64,000 nucleotides of DNA. Origin: Lama glama (Eukaryota). Shown here piece after piece: positions 22,239 to 34,940 of the stretch. How positions within the stretch are numbered: the stretch's first letter is position 1; each line of letters begins with the position of its first letter. The stretch spans positions 22,198,001 through 22,262,000 of the forward strand of contig CM052818.1 of NCBI GenBank assembly GCA_028534125.1, in the 5' to 3' direction. The position numbers were made by a program, and so were the translations under genes. Below the pieces are notes generated by a model. It did no database searches. It was given only the letters and a program-made list of their open reading frames with translations, and was not told the DNA's origin.

Positions 22239-24981
22239 AGATGATTAAGTCTTTATCAACGTCATTGGCCATCTTGAAACCAGGCTTTTATGTTGACCTT
22301 CACGGGAACAGCTGTGCTTGGAACCTTGCTCTTCCCTAGACTGGCTACCAGGGCACAACACCAGAGCGTGTGGCTGCAAACCAAAATACTCTAGTTGTTC
22401 GGCACAGTGTCTCACTTTTCATCTGATTGTGTCTGGGACACCTAGATACAATTTGTCCAGAAAACCTTGATTCTATTCTTGGTTTTTGCCCTGATATCTG
22501 GGGTAGGTCACTTGAGCTACGTGAGCTACTTTGTTGATTTACAAAAGTGGGAATAATAATGTCTATTTTTCTTCTCCCTTAAGAATTTTATGAAGATAAA
22601 ATAAGAATATTTTTGAAGACAAAACTTTTAATAAAATGCAATTGATATTATTGTTATTATTGCCCAGGCCAATTTCCAGGCATGTGCTTTGCCAAGTTCA
22701 CATTAGCACGGTGCTGTTAGAAATTCTCCCCTGTGACCTACATGCAGCTTCTCATGCAGCTTCTAGAAGCTTTCATTCACCTCACTCATACATCCTTTTT
22801 TTATGATTCTAGGGAGAAAGTATGGTTTGAAAAGAAAAGAGACTTGTGTTAACATTTTATATAATAACTATAGCTATATATCCTCCAAGCCCCAAACTGT
22901 ATAATAAAAGCTTTCCTGGATACTACTTTTCTCCCATAATTCCTAGCACATTGCTTATTAAGTTATTAACCAGCAATTTCTCCAGCAGCATATTAAACTT
23001 TACTTTTAAACAAGTCACAGAGCGGGGGAAACACACATCTCTCATAAAAGGAATAAAAAACATACACCCTCTAAAACGATTTCTTCAGGCTTTGAACAAA
23101 TCCCATGCCCCACACAAGGTCTCTTTTTCCTCATTCTCTACACATTACTTGAGTGTTAGTACATTAATGAGAAAAAGATGCCTAATAGAAAGATGGAAAA
23201 ATATGAGGGCCGCTGGGGGTGTAGGAGGCTCCCCGGGGGGACCTCTGAAAAGTCAGGTGAGCCTTCGTGGAGGGAGAGGCAAAGCCTTGGCATTGAGCTC
23301 GTGGGCTCCCTCCCGAACAGCGGCACACCCAGCGAAGCAGAGGTGGCTGTGGTTGGACCCTGAACTTAGAGGTAGGCCAGGGCCTTGTGCAGACTGTCTG
23401 GTAAAGTGGTTAAGGCCCTCTGTTTTCACAGATTCCATCGCTCAGGAACAAAAGCTGTCTTTCCAGGGGCAGCCCCATGTGCTCTGTAGCACATGGCTGG
23501 GATGTTTGGTCTCTTTCTGGACAGACTCACAGCTCATGGTCTCTTGCTTTGTGCGTGGCAACTTGGTAAGAATTCCATACAGATTGGTCAATCACCAGAG
23601 CAGGGCGTGAAGATGGCTTCACTTTAAAAGGAAAATCCAAGTAGGAGGCCTATGGGGCAGCTGAAATGTGTGGGTGTGAGTATAAACACTTGCAAAGCTC
23701 CATACCAAGAAAGGCTGGATGGAAGTTGGAACATACCATAAAAATGCAGCTCTGCCGTCACCCGCCTCCCCTCCCCTAGGGGAGGGCAAGGTAAACGAGC
23801 AGTCCCGGGTAGCCAGCCAGGCCCTGCATGCTGCTGCCAGCTGGCCCCGCATGCAGATCTGAGTTCTGGATTTTACAGTGGGGGAAAATTACTTGTTTAA
23901 AAATATATATTCTGCAATTCATGACCGTTTGGCATTTTGGTTTAAACAGATCCCCTGTTGTTTCTCCAAGAATGCCATGTGATGGTTGCTTGGCTGGGGG
24001 CTGTGGTAAAAATGGAAATCAGAAGGGAGAGCCGGGCTCCTTTTATTTATTTCATTTACACTTCCACATTTATATGACTTAATGCGGCCTGCATCAAAAC
24101 AGTAACCTCCTGGCTCCTAACCACAGCAGCTCTTCCTTTTAGAACCAAATGTAAGGAGAGGTGGTGTCTGGTCTGCGGGCTGTTCCATCGCAGGGTCTCA
24201 CACTGCCTCAGACTACAAAGATGGCCAGCGGGATCTCTGGGAGACCAAAGGAAGGTCAAGGAAATAATCCCATCAAATCGGCCCTTCAGACTGTCCTCAG
24301 GGGCTGTTTTCTGATGGTTAGTCAGGAAAGGTTTCCTGCATGACAGGCTTTGAAGTGAGTTTTAAATCCAGGACATGGTGTGGCTGGACAAGCAAGGGGA
24401 CCGTGGCAGGGCATGGGAACATTACACTCTTCTCCTCTCCCTCTTCTACTGCTTTCCCGCTCCCTCTCTTCCCCCTGCCCCAGCACCCCTGCTCACCTGC
24501 CTTCTCCCCGCCTCCTTTCCCTCTCTTTTTCTGGTTTCCTTCTTTACAGCCTCCTTCAGGCCTGGAGGTGGACCCCAGGATACTGCTTCATGAACTCCCC
24601 TGCTTGCTCCGCAGTAAGAGGCAGCTAGTGCTTGGTCATTGTTATGACGAGAACAGAGGCGATCTGTGGAGGAGTGAGCCCGCGTGGGAGCCCAGAGTAG
24701 AGGCGCTCGTGATGGGCTGCAGTGGGCCCCAGCTGGGACTCAAGACCCAGGTTCTAAGCCATCGAGCTTGTCAGCTGCACCCATTTGATTTTCTGGTCTT
24801 CATTCTTCCCGGCATGTGGCAAGCATTTTCCCACCTTTGTATCTGCTCTAGTGAACTCTCTGGCCTGGAATTCCTTCTGTCCATTCACTGGCCAGATCCT
24901 TCCATGTTTCCGGACCCCTCCTCCATGATATTCTCTCTGATTGTTTTTTATGTATTTTGTTTTTCTCTACATACACCCTCT

Positions 24982-25010
24982 ACCACCACCACCACCACCA
25001 CCACCACCAC
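24982..25010. repeat. (ACC)9 trinucleotide microsatellite
   Basis: Read directly. It explains the poly-Thr and poly-His runs in ORFs 24340..25029 and 24957..25157. Confidence 0.95.
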
Positions 25011-25786
25011 ATGCACACAAACACCATAAGCTCTTCAAGGCCAGAACCTTGGCTTCTTCTTCCATTTCTGTTCCAAGTAGGATATTGCCCATGGTGCTTA
25101 GTGAAGGTTTCTAGATTAATAAAGTTAAGCCATGAGTCTAATCAGGATTCTGGGTGAGCAGTTCCCTAGGGACTGGAATGACCTTAGACCTTGACTCTGT
25201 TGAAGTCCATATACGGTCTCGTGACTTAGAGACCTTAACAGACACTAGCAGCCTAAAGCCAAAACAGCTATTTTCAGCCCTTTGAAGATGGCAGTGAATT
25301 CATCTGGAAGAGTTTCATATGTCCAAAGTGAACTGTCTGTCTCTTCCAGGGGGCCCATCAAGGCTTCACACTAGTGAGCAGGGGCCCAGTCCTCCAGTAT
25401 GGCTTGGACTAATGGGGTCCCTCTAGGCTTCAACTCTTCAGAGCTTTTGGAGCTCTTCGAGTTCACTCCTAAGCACTCCAATTTTGGGCATGGCACCCAT
25501 CTTCTGTCATTTCCTGCTGTCCCTCCCCTTCCACATCCCCTTTGTCCTTCTTGTTATTCTTCAAATATGTCACGTGCCATAGTCTTTGGACATGCTGCTT
25601 CCTCTGCTGGGGTCATTCTGCCCATGGTCTGTCTGCCGGACGCCTCCTCATACCCCAGCTCTGCCAGGGCACTTCCTGACTCACCAAGGCATTTCTCCCT
25701 TCACCATCCTTAATTTTCCCTCTGCCAACCCCTCCTTTGGGCACCCGTTGTACCAAATGATTGGTTGTGTGTTTCTCTTGTTAAAC

Positions 25787-26469
25787 TAGTGGCTTCCAAG
25801 GTTTTATTTTTGACAATTCACAACAAGAAATACGTTTTCCAGATGATTTAATATGTATCTTTGTACTCTGTGTGTGTGTGTACACACATACATACACAAA
25901 TATACATATGTATAAAATCTTGCATAGTTTGAAATTTTAATGTCTGTATAAGATATGAACAGTCTGTGAAAAAAAATGCAACAGAGAGAATTTACTTAAG
26001 ATTTTAGCGTATTTCACTTCAGGGGCATTAGCTTTCGACACCTCTACCGTCATTTACTATTAGGCTTGACCATATTGATATTCAGCATAAGGAGAGTGAC
26101 TTATTACCTGGAAAAGGAAAAAAAAGAAGTTAGACCAAATCAATCAATATTTTTACTTAAGAAGTATTATATTTTATAAATTATTTACATCTTATATCAA
26201 AGATAATTTATTAGAAATCCATTCTGGGCAAGGATTTTATAGAAATCCTGTATACAACAAACAATTTAAGGGAACGATGCTTACCCCTATACTTTGGGGC
26301 ACTCTGACTATACTTTCCTCCTCCGTCCCTCCCTTCCCTAGCTAGCCCTCTCCTTCCTCCTCCATCCTCTCTTCCTCTTCCTTCCTTTCTTTCTCTTATG
26401 CTGGTCACCACCTACTAGTTTATTTCAAAACTAACAAAATGGGTCATAACCTACTGTTTGAAAACACTA
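25787..26469. mobile_element. hAT-Charlie-type DNA transposon remnant inserted in an L2 3' end
   Basis: Imperfect TIRs tagtggcttcca / ttgaaaacacta and subterminal gggtcataacc motifs. L2 text resumes afterwards (actctaagttccttgagggcagtgactgtg...taaatgttttctgaatgaatg). Confidence 0.55.
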
Positions 26470-28589
26470 TTCAGGACTCTAAGTTCCTTGAGGGCAGTGA
26501 CTGTGTTACTGAATCATTTCATCTTCACATTTCCATACCCTGGCACTATTCTTGGCTCTCAGTAGCCTCTTAGTAAATGTTTTCTGAATGAATGGGCTTC
26601 AGTTAAAAAGCTCTGCAGCCACTGGGATTCCGGAAGGGACCGAAGAAGTGAATAATTTATCACAGACTTCTCAAGAGCTCCTGCTGTCCTCTAGACACTA
26701 GGGCCATTGTGGACTTGTCTGGGAAGCCTGGCGCTCTCTGCCCTGCCTCTGCCTCCCCCAGCTTCCAGGATAGAGGGCAGGAGGTTTAATGAAGTTCAGA
26801 GATCAGGTTCTCGGGTGGGTATTTGTCAAGGGACAAATGATAAAAAGAGTGGAAGAAAGAATTTTAACAAGCCCTTCCTTTCATTTTATATATGTCTACT
26901 TAGTCCTCATGGTACCTGATTCCTGCTACTCCTTCTGAAGCCACTATTATGCTGTTTTTCAGCCCATCTGTTAGACCCTGACCACTCCTGATTTTTTTTT
27001 TTTTTGAACGTTGTAAATCTTCATTATACCATGCCCCATGCCAGGATTTTTCCATCTGGGGGAAGAAAAAAAATCCCCAAGCCCACCAAAACCCTGTGGC
27101 TTGGTTTCCTGTCCAGCTGGCTTGCTCTTTCCCAGGATTTTATTCCCATCATCCAAGTGGCTTGACAGACCGAGAACAAACCTCTGGCTCACCCTGAACT
27201 CACAGTGTACCATTTCCAAGTCAGAACAAACACCAAGTAATAGTGAGGGAAAAAGAGGAAAAAAAATTATTTTCCTGACTTAGAAGCCAGTTCAGAGTGA
27301 AGCCCAACTCTGATTCCAGACAGGGATGTTATGAGGCTGTGGCCGTGGCTGTGGCTGTCCTCGAGGGTGGAGCCTTGAACAGTGGGCTCCAGGCCAGAAT
27401 TTCTCTCTGAGTCAGCCTCAAAGGAGATGCCATGGATGGACTCCTTTGTGGCCCCAGAGCTCTCTTCTGGAATCAAAAGCAGCAGCATTTGAGGGAGCCT
27501 CCCATGATCTGTTGACTACATCAGACTTGTCCTAGAGCCTCAGGGTTATGGGAGCAGTCAGAGTGGTCCCTGCAGCGTCCCAGGAGGCCAGCAAGGTCGG
27601 CAGCCTATGCCAGGCCAAAAGAAGATGCAGAACACTTCAGCCTGGCCTGGCATGGGGCTGTAGAGATTGCCAACCTTCCCCCTATTCATTTAGGAATTTT
27701 TAAAAATACATTAACTTTGCTAAAAATCTCATGGAAACTAGGCTTCTCACCAGACTTGAAAGTAAAATTGGTTTCCCCAAAACTTTCCTTTTTGATTCTG
27801 TGTGGCTCTAAAAGCACAAAAACATCTAGGGTGAGAAGCTCGGTCTCTAGAAGGCCAAATGGGCGTTGGCAGTACATTTTTGCACTAAGGAGCACCAGTG
27901 AGCACGGAGTAGCCCATCTCCTGAAAGCGTGGCTTGCCTCGCTCTTGTTTCCGCCTTCTCAGTACGTTCTCTCATCTTCCCAAGCTGGTCTATCCAGGTC
28001 CCTGGACAAGCCAAACTAATTTCTTCCCACATCATATTGCGCCCTCTCAGAATGCCCCTCCTTATCAACTTTTTCTATCTAAATTCTTCCCATCGTTCAC
28101 AGCCCAGTTGGAATTACATGTTTATGAGTTCTTGCTACTTCTCCAGTCCACCCTAATATGTTCTTTCTCTCAACTCCTTACATCTCGTCCCAAAGCTTGT
28201 CTTTATTTTTGTCTCTGTAACTAGACAGAATTCTCTGAGGTCTCTTCTCTTCCCAGCATCGAGCTCAAAGCTGGATGCCCAGGAGGCATTCCACCTGCTA
28301 TCTGCCGGCAGTTTATTTATTCAGCCCCATGCTTTATATCCGATAAATTCATTAACCCCTTGCATTGGCTTTTCTTGCTTGCGTTCTTGAACAGCCCTTT
28401 CTTTGGGGGTGGTAGGGGCAGGGGAATATTCCACCTGTTAAACAGTGGAAGTGCTGGAACTGGGAATGATACTGGTAAAGAAGTGTTCAGACTGTGGACT
28501 CTTCCACATCACAGGTCAAGTTGTGACTGACCTGAAGAAAATTAGATAGAGACAAAAGGTAGGGATAAGATGGGGAGGGGAGTGGATTC

Positions 28590-29680
28590 CAAAAAGATCA
28601 AAATGTTAGCAACAACAAAAAATGGAACTGTAAAGTACTAGGAAAAAATACGGGAAATTAAAAATATATATATCTATATCTATCTTGGAGAAGAGTTAGA
28701 CTTTGTGAGCATAAGACCCAGAAAACATAAATTAAAATATTAGCATATTTATATAACACTAGTATGTTTGAATTGAAAAAATTAATAAAGTGAAAAAACA
28801 AATGATAAACTGCAAAAGCTTATTTACAACCCACGTGACAAAGGGCAGATTTCCTTAATATACAAAGAGCTTCTACAAATCAATAAGGAAAAGACCAACA
28901 ACATGTAATGAACAGGAGGTTTGAATACAGTTCATAGAAAAGGAAATTCAGATATCGTTTTTGAAAAGCATATGAAGGGATAATGAACCTCACTTACAGT
29001 TGTGATTTAAAATAGTGAGATACTCTTCTTCACTTATGGTCTTGGCAAAGGCCAAAAAGTTTCATAATGCACAGTGTTGGTCAGGGTTGAAGGGGGTTCT
29101 TACACACTGTTAGTGCAGTCTCTTTGGAGAGTATCTTACCAAAGTCAGACAAAATTTTAAATGTGCAAGTATCCTGATCCAGCAATTGAGCTTCTAGGAA
29201 TTTCTCCTCTGAGTTCAATCATATGCACAGAACTAATGTACATATATATTTATTACAGCACTGTTTTCAGCAAAGTATCTTAATCTGAATTATTTCAGTA
29301 GGGGACAGGTATATCCATGAAATGGAGCAGTTCACAGCCATTTAACAAATGAGGCAAATCTCTGTTTCCAATAGAAAGACATCTAAAATATATTAGTGGA
29401 AAAAAACTAATGCTTAGAACTTAATATGTAGTAAATCACTACTTACATAAAAATAAACAAGTGGGTAGCTATAGATAGATGCTTGTAAATGAATAGAATG
29501 TACCTGGAAGGATATACTGTAGAAAGTAGTAATCATGGTTGCCTCGGGGGAACAGAACATGTGGTTAGAGGGTTGGGGCATGGAAAGGAACTTAATTTTT
29601 ACTGCCTACCCTTTTGTACTGTTTGAATTATTTTTACACCACGTGCATGTGTTACCTGTTTTTTTTTAAACTAATTTTTA
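28590..29680 (+). mobile_element. Old L1 (L1ME-like) ORF2 end and 3' UTR
   Basis: gacaaagggcagatttccttaatatacaaagagcttctacaaatcaataaggaaaagaccaacaac ... tgatccagcaatt..cttctaggaattt. Confidence 0.8.
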
Positions 29681-31026
29681 AAAATAGCCAGGCATAAGTA
29701 TGAAATTAGGCCAAATGTGAGGTATACACATAAACTAATAGTTACGATAGGGTAGGCGTCAGGGAACAAGCAGATACTGTAAGTGAAGCAAGTCAGTGGG
29801 ATAGAAGTGAGGCAGGTCAGCCACAGAGAGACCTTGACATAAGACAGTTTTGTTTTAAATAAAAAGTATCTGATTTGCTTTTCCTGCAAATCGTGCATAT
29901 CCCTAGGATATAGGCACTTCAGGATAGAGTGGGATAAACTTTAGGAAAATGGTAAAACTGTTCATTTATAGGGAGTGAGAAGGATGGATTGAGGGATCAA
30001 GCCAGACGAAAATATACTAGCCAGAACTTGTGCCGTTCCCTCGTCTTGTATTGGAGGCAGTGGAGCCGGGCAGGGGCCGGACACTTACAGGGCATCTGCC
30101 GTGGCCGGGTACCGAGGTGGGTGTTCCGGGTTTGCTGTACCACCTCCAGTGCTCACAGTGACTCACAGTGTTTCCACTGTACAGCTCAGGAACCTGATTC
30201 AGGACACAGAGATACTGAGCGGCAAAGCCAGGATTCAAACCCAGATCTGTCCTTACTGTTTTTACTGCTTGTTCTGAATTATTAGCACACCGAGGAGATT
30301 TGGGCCCTTTTCATGGTCAGTATGAACTAAGGCTCAGATCCAGGGACCTTCAGCACTGTTCTCAGAAGAAAGTCTTCATTCTTTTTTATCTAGACCCTCT
30401 AAGTCCAAGCCCACTTTTTCCAGCATGTGGTTCAAAGAGTAAAAAGAGCTGCTCCATTTTTGAAAAGAGAAAAAAAAAATCTCATTTATTCGGAAAGGAA
30501 TGTCTGTTGCCGTGTTTGTTAATGCTTTCATGTGTTTGTTTTTTCAGCTGGTTATTTTAAGTCCATAAATATGGTTTGTCTTATGTGAGTGCAATTCTCC
30601 TCCTCCAAAGTGCTAGATCAGTGATATTCATAACTAATGATTCTCCCTCTAAATTTGTCCAGTTTAGAGGAAGATAATAGAATATCATGTCATATTCCCC
30701 CTCTCCCTGCCTTGTTTTTAAATAACTGGGACAGGATACTGGGTTTTGTTTGTTTTCAGTTAATTTTCTTTGGAGCCAGAGCATAGAGTTTTGTCTGTTT
30801 TTTACACGCACAACCCCTACTTCCACCAGATGCTCTAGGATTTCATTTTCTCACTTGACTTGGTAGTGTGTTCTCACCATTGGTGACTATCCATCATTTT
30901 CAGCAGCCATTACAACTCCCTAAGCCTCATGACGTGCTTGGTAGAAAATACCCGTTTTCTCTTTTCTGTGACCCAGACCTCAGGGAGAGGAAATATCAAT
31001 TTATTTTCTGTTCTTTACCTTTCCAG

Positions 31027-31121
31027 GCAAAATCCATGTTTGGTGACCAGAGCTGTGTATATTGATATTCTCTTCCTGTTGACTTCCTGCCTTGACAAAC
31101 CCGCAAAAGGCAACCAGCCAG
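31027..31121 (+). CDS. THADA: THADA internal coding exon, 95 nt, phase 2 to 1; (R)QNPCLVTRAVYIDILFLLTSCLDKPAKGNQP
   Basis: Strong acceptor ttctgttctttacctttccAG and donor CAG|gtatga. The peptide lies within ORF 30929..31228 and matches the THADA QNPCLVTRAVYIDILFLL motif. Confidence 0.95.
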
Positions 31122-32954
31122 GTATGATTCATAGTTATATCATATTTTGGACTGATTACTGGTCTTTGAAATGTAGGTGGGGTTTTGAGTGGTTCCACCG
31201 CACACTCCCCCACCTTCTACTTTTGTAAGACTAACCACATATCAAAATTAAACATAGTGTCCTATGGTTCCCTCCTAGAAGCTTCCTAAGGAAACTTGTC
31301 CTTGTTTAGTTGCAAGTTTATTTTCTATTTGATCATTCAGGGAAAAGTCTGGACTTTACTCAGATACATATCCTCTGTATTTCTAAGACCTTGGTTCTTT
31401 CCTATTTCACGCATTTTCTTTGAAAGATCATCATTTTCAAGAACTCAGTTCATTCTGTTCCATTCTGTGGAGATAACTGAGTGGACTCATTGGATTCTGG
31501 ACCTGGATCAACCCCTCCCTACCTTAAGCTCTGACTTTGTACATGTGCCTTAGTGTCATGTATGTTTCCTGGTATGGGCCCCAGACCCATTGTTCTTTCA
31601 GTTGTTCTATTTTAATCATGATTCACAAAGTGCTTTTCTTTTAAAAGGGAGAGGGGCAACTCCAAATAAAAAATTTTTTTGATGTGTTTGTATAAGAGAC
31701 CGCAGGAAGTGCTGTACATGAGTTCCAGGCCACAGGCTGAAACTGATTTTCATCAACACAAACTGGAATGCAGGGTAATGAGCCTGCAACTGGTTAAAAT
31801 CAGCGTCTTCTAATTGATTAGGCCTGTCTAAAGGAGGCTACAATTACAAAGTCAGATTCTGAGTACAAGCAGGCCAGGCCTTTCCTCTGTTACATTTAGT
31901 CTGTCAATGATTTGTTGTCTTCAGTAAATATATTCAGGCTGTCAGAGTCCAGCTCTGTCCATATGGAACCCTGTTCCCAAATTCAAACCAATTTAAAATG
32001 CTCTGGGGGGAGGTGCAAAACTGCCTCACTCAGATCAATGTATATTAGCCCCCAGATCCCCTGTGGCCATGCAGAGGTAATAGGAACACGCCTGGACTTT
32101 CATCAGCTCCACATCCCTGCAAAGGGGTAGCTGTTGCATCCGTTTGGTAGAATAGGATCATATAGTTTTATAGCTGTGAAACAGTCCTAGTTTATACCTC
32201 TTATCCCAGCATAATTATTACTCTTGAAAGTGTCCAGGTTTGCACAATAAATCACAGGTCACCCTAGCTATTAGGGCCCTCAGGGTTGCCTCCACTTTAT
32301 TTTACACTTGAGTTAACTGGGATCCAGAGATTATAAAGAGATTATGAATCAGATGCTACCAAGTAAATCATTTGGAGTTCTACCATTGCTGTATTTCAGT
32401 TCCAAATTTCATTTAGCTTTATAACACTTCTCTGCTTAATATCCAAAGAGCCTTGTCCATAAAGGAAAAAGAAGAAAAAAAGACAAAAAAATAAAATAAA
32501 GAGCCCTGTCCATATTGTTTACTACTTACAAACCCATCCATTGGGCTCCTGTCAGAGTTGTGTGTGGTTGACTATAATCATTAGTTTATTTGAACTAAGT
32601 TTTTCTTGGTGTATCAGTACCATCATTCCTTGTCCAGAAGGGTTAACCTTTAAACATTGTAAAATACCCTTCTCTTTCCACCAGCTGCCTAATGAGCTGG
32701 ACTCCTACATGAAGGTGACTTTGACCTTTTGGAATCATCCTTTCCACAGTCTCGTACATTATTTAGAGTTTATACCCCAAGTAAATGTGATCACAAGCTG
32801 TTGTGTGTTATTCAGCAGTATTTCACATGCATCAATGTAAACTGTGCCTCTTGGAGGCATTTCTCTGCAGGTTAAAGTGGGCAGGGGATGGGGCTCTTTC
32901 ACTCTTATTCTAATATGACAGCCATAGCTTTAAATATCTTCTCCTTCACTCCCC

Positions 32955-33250
32955 AGTGTGGCAGTCACTAGCCACATGTGGCTCTCAAGCAATTGAGATA
33001 TGGCTGATCCAAGTTGAGATATTCTGTAAGAATAAAATACACACTGAATTTCAAAGACTTGGTGTGAAAAAAAGTTAAATTCCTCAATAATTTTAATATT
33101 GATTACATATTGGAAGATTTGTGATTTATTGGTTTAAATAAAAAGCACTATTAAAATTAATTCCACTTGTTCCTTTTTACTTTTTAAAATGTGGCTATTA
33201 GAAAATCAAAAATTACATAGATGGCTCATATATTCCTATCAGACAAGTAC
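32955..33250. mobile_element. MER33 hAT-Charlie MITE
   Basis: cactagccacatgtggct...taaaatacacactgaatttcaaagactt...attaaaattaattccacttgttcctttttactttttaaaatgtggcta. Confidence 0.8.
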
Positions 33251-33924
33251 TGATTTTTTTTTCAGTTCTTTGGGAATTGCCCTCATAAGCCACAGAATAT
33301 ATATGTATGTGTCTCTCTGTATGAATGTATGTATGCATATGCGACGCCCACACAAAGAGTGGTAACAAATTTTCCTCCTTTGAGGATGAATTGGATTTTT
33401 AGAACTCACCAATTGTCAAATAAAATAGCAATGAAGGTGGTTAGCACTGTTTAGGATAAAAATAAACTGTGAACTTAAAATCACTAAATCAGTTATTATG
33501 TGCTTCATAATTTATTTCCAAAGGCAGTTCTGAGCAATAGCTAAGTGTTATCACCAAACAAGGTAATCACTTACTTGGATGTGTAAATTTAAATATGATT
33601 TCAAAATATTATCATAATGTACTTTTACCTTGTAAATGCCTTGAAGGAATGAATCATGCCTTAAATTCTGTGTCCTCCAGCTAAGCAAGTAGCAGGCCTG
33701 TGTTAAATGGATTGGTTTTTAACTGATTGATTGAAATGCAGACTCTTCTTCAGTTTTTAGAATAGTTATAGGTGTCATCGAGATACAAACCTTATTTAAA
33801 CTCGTGTATCAATCAGGTGTAATTTCATTTTCTGAATTCAAATCAAATGCTTATATCACGTCTACATGTTTGAAAATATGTGTCTGTCTACCTCCAAAGC
33901 TCACAGAGCTCAGAGCAGGGGAAT

Positions 33925-34170
33925 ATACCACATAGGCTCTGAAGCTAGATCCCTAGGTTTGAATCCCAGGTCCTCCATTTACTATTTTTTGTGACCCTAG
34001 GCAAGTCATTTAACCTCTTTGAAATACTTTTTCTCAATTGTAAATGGGAATATAATAGGATCTGTATCTTAGGGTGGTTGTCAACTGAACATATAAAGTC
34101 CCATATAAAGAATGTGCTTTGCGTGGTGCAGAATAAGTGCTCAATAACTGTTAGCTACCATCATCATTAT
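33925..34170 (+). mobile_element. MIR SINE; other MIR pieces lie at about 6410-6610, 36445-36630, 41690-41790 and 47245-47330
   Basis: ggtttgaatcccagg.ctccatttacta..tgtgaccctaggcaagtcatttaacctc...tgtaaatggg core. Confidence 0.8.
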
Positions 34171-34409
34171 CACTGGCAGGAAACTATGCATCTAATCCAT
34201 TTCCTGCAGCCTGGCAGAGTTATGCTCAATCCCTCACTTGTACACTTCTCCTCATGTTAAAACATTTTTAACAAAGAAGAAATGCCTGCTTTCCAAGGAA
34301 AACACTGAAGCACACCTGGCATAGAATGGCAAGAATCCACTTTGGAATCCACTTGATTAGGGATGCTCCTGCCCCTCTGACTGATCCAGGAAAGGGTCAT
34401 TTTGTTCTT

Positions 34410-34940
34410 GTTGTTCACTTACTTTTTCTTTCATCAGACATGACATGCTAACATTAGACATGTTGAGCACCTGGATCTGGAGATCCACATGGATATGTTA
34501 TAGTCTTATAAGTAGGTCCAATAAGGAATCACAGACGCTGTAAAGGAAGTATGGGACACAACTGAGGCACTGAAGAATGAAAGGTTATTTCTAGTTGGGA
34601 GGGAAGGAAAGACTTTACAGAAGAGGAGGTGATTGAGCAGAGTTTTAAGGATGAGTAGAAATTCATAGATGGGTGGGGTGGAGGTAGATATTATAGACAG
34701 AGGGAGGAGCATGTCTAAGGCCACAGAGGCACAGGTCAGCACAGCTTTCAGAGAACTAGGACAGTGCCACTGGAGTGTTGTGTCCAGGGACCGGAAGCTG
34801 TGGCTAGAAGTGAGGCTGGGGAAGCAGGAACTCAATCAAGGAGGGCTTCATGGGCCAAAGTCTAAGGAGCTTGAACTTGGTCCTGTAGACAAAGGAGATC
34901 ATTGGAGGATATAAGACAGAGAGTAGAGTAATGTGGTTTT
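34410..34940 (-). mobile_element. L2 LINE remnant; others lie at about 4870-5095, 11195-11520, 19610-20480, 48700-49280, 52600-52930, 54980-55650 and 60380-60800
   Basis: aaagactttacagaagaggaggtgattgagcagagttttaaggatgagtag...gagggaggagcatgtctaaggccacagagg...ggagcttgaacttggtcctgtagac. Confidence 0.7.

Noticed and set aside
22741..22775. 12-bp tandem duplication catgcagcttct followed by the palindrome agcttctagaagct (heat-shock-element-like)
   Set aside because: Only two good nGAAn units are present, and local slippage explains the pattern.
22846..23610. 254-aa ORF, the longest in the track
   Set aside because: It has a non-ATG start, no recognisable domain, and composition that simply tracks the AT-rich then GC-rich DNA. 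A chance ORF is the simplest reading.
24340..25157. 229-aa ORF ending in poly-Thr and an overlapping poly-His ORF
   Set aside because: Both are explained by a pyrimidine-rich low-complexity tract and the (ACC)9 microsatellite.
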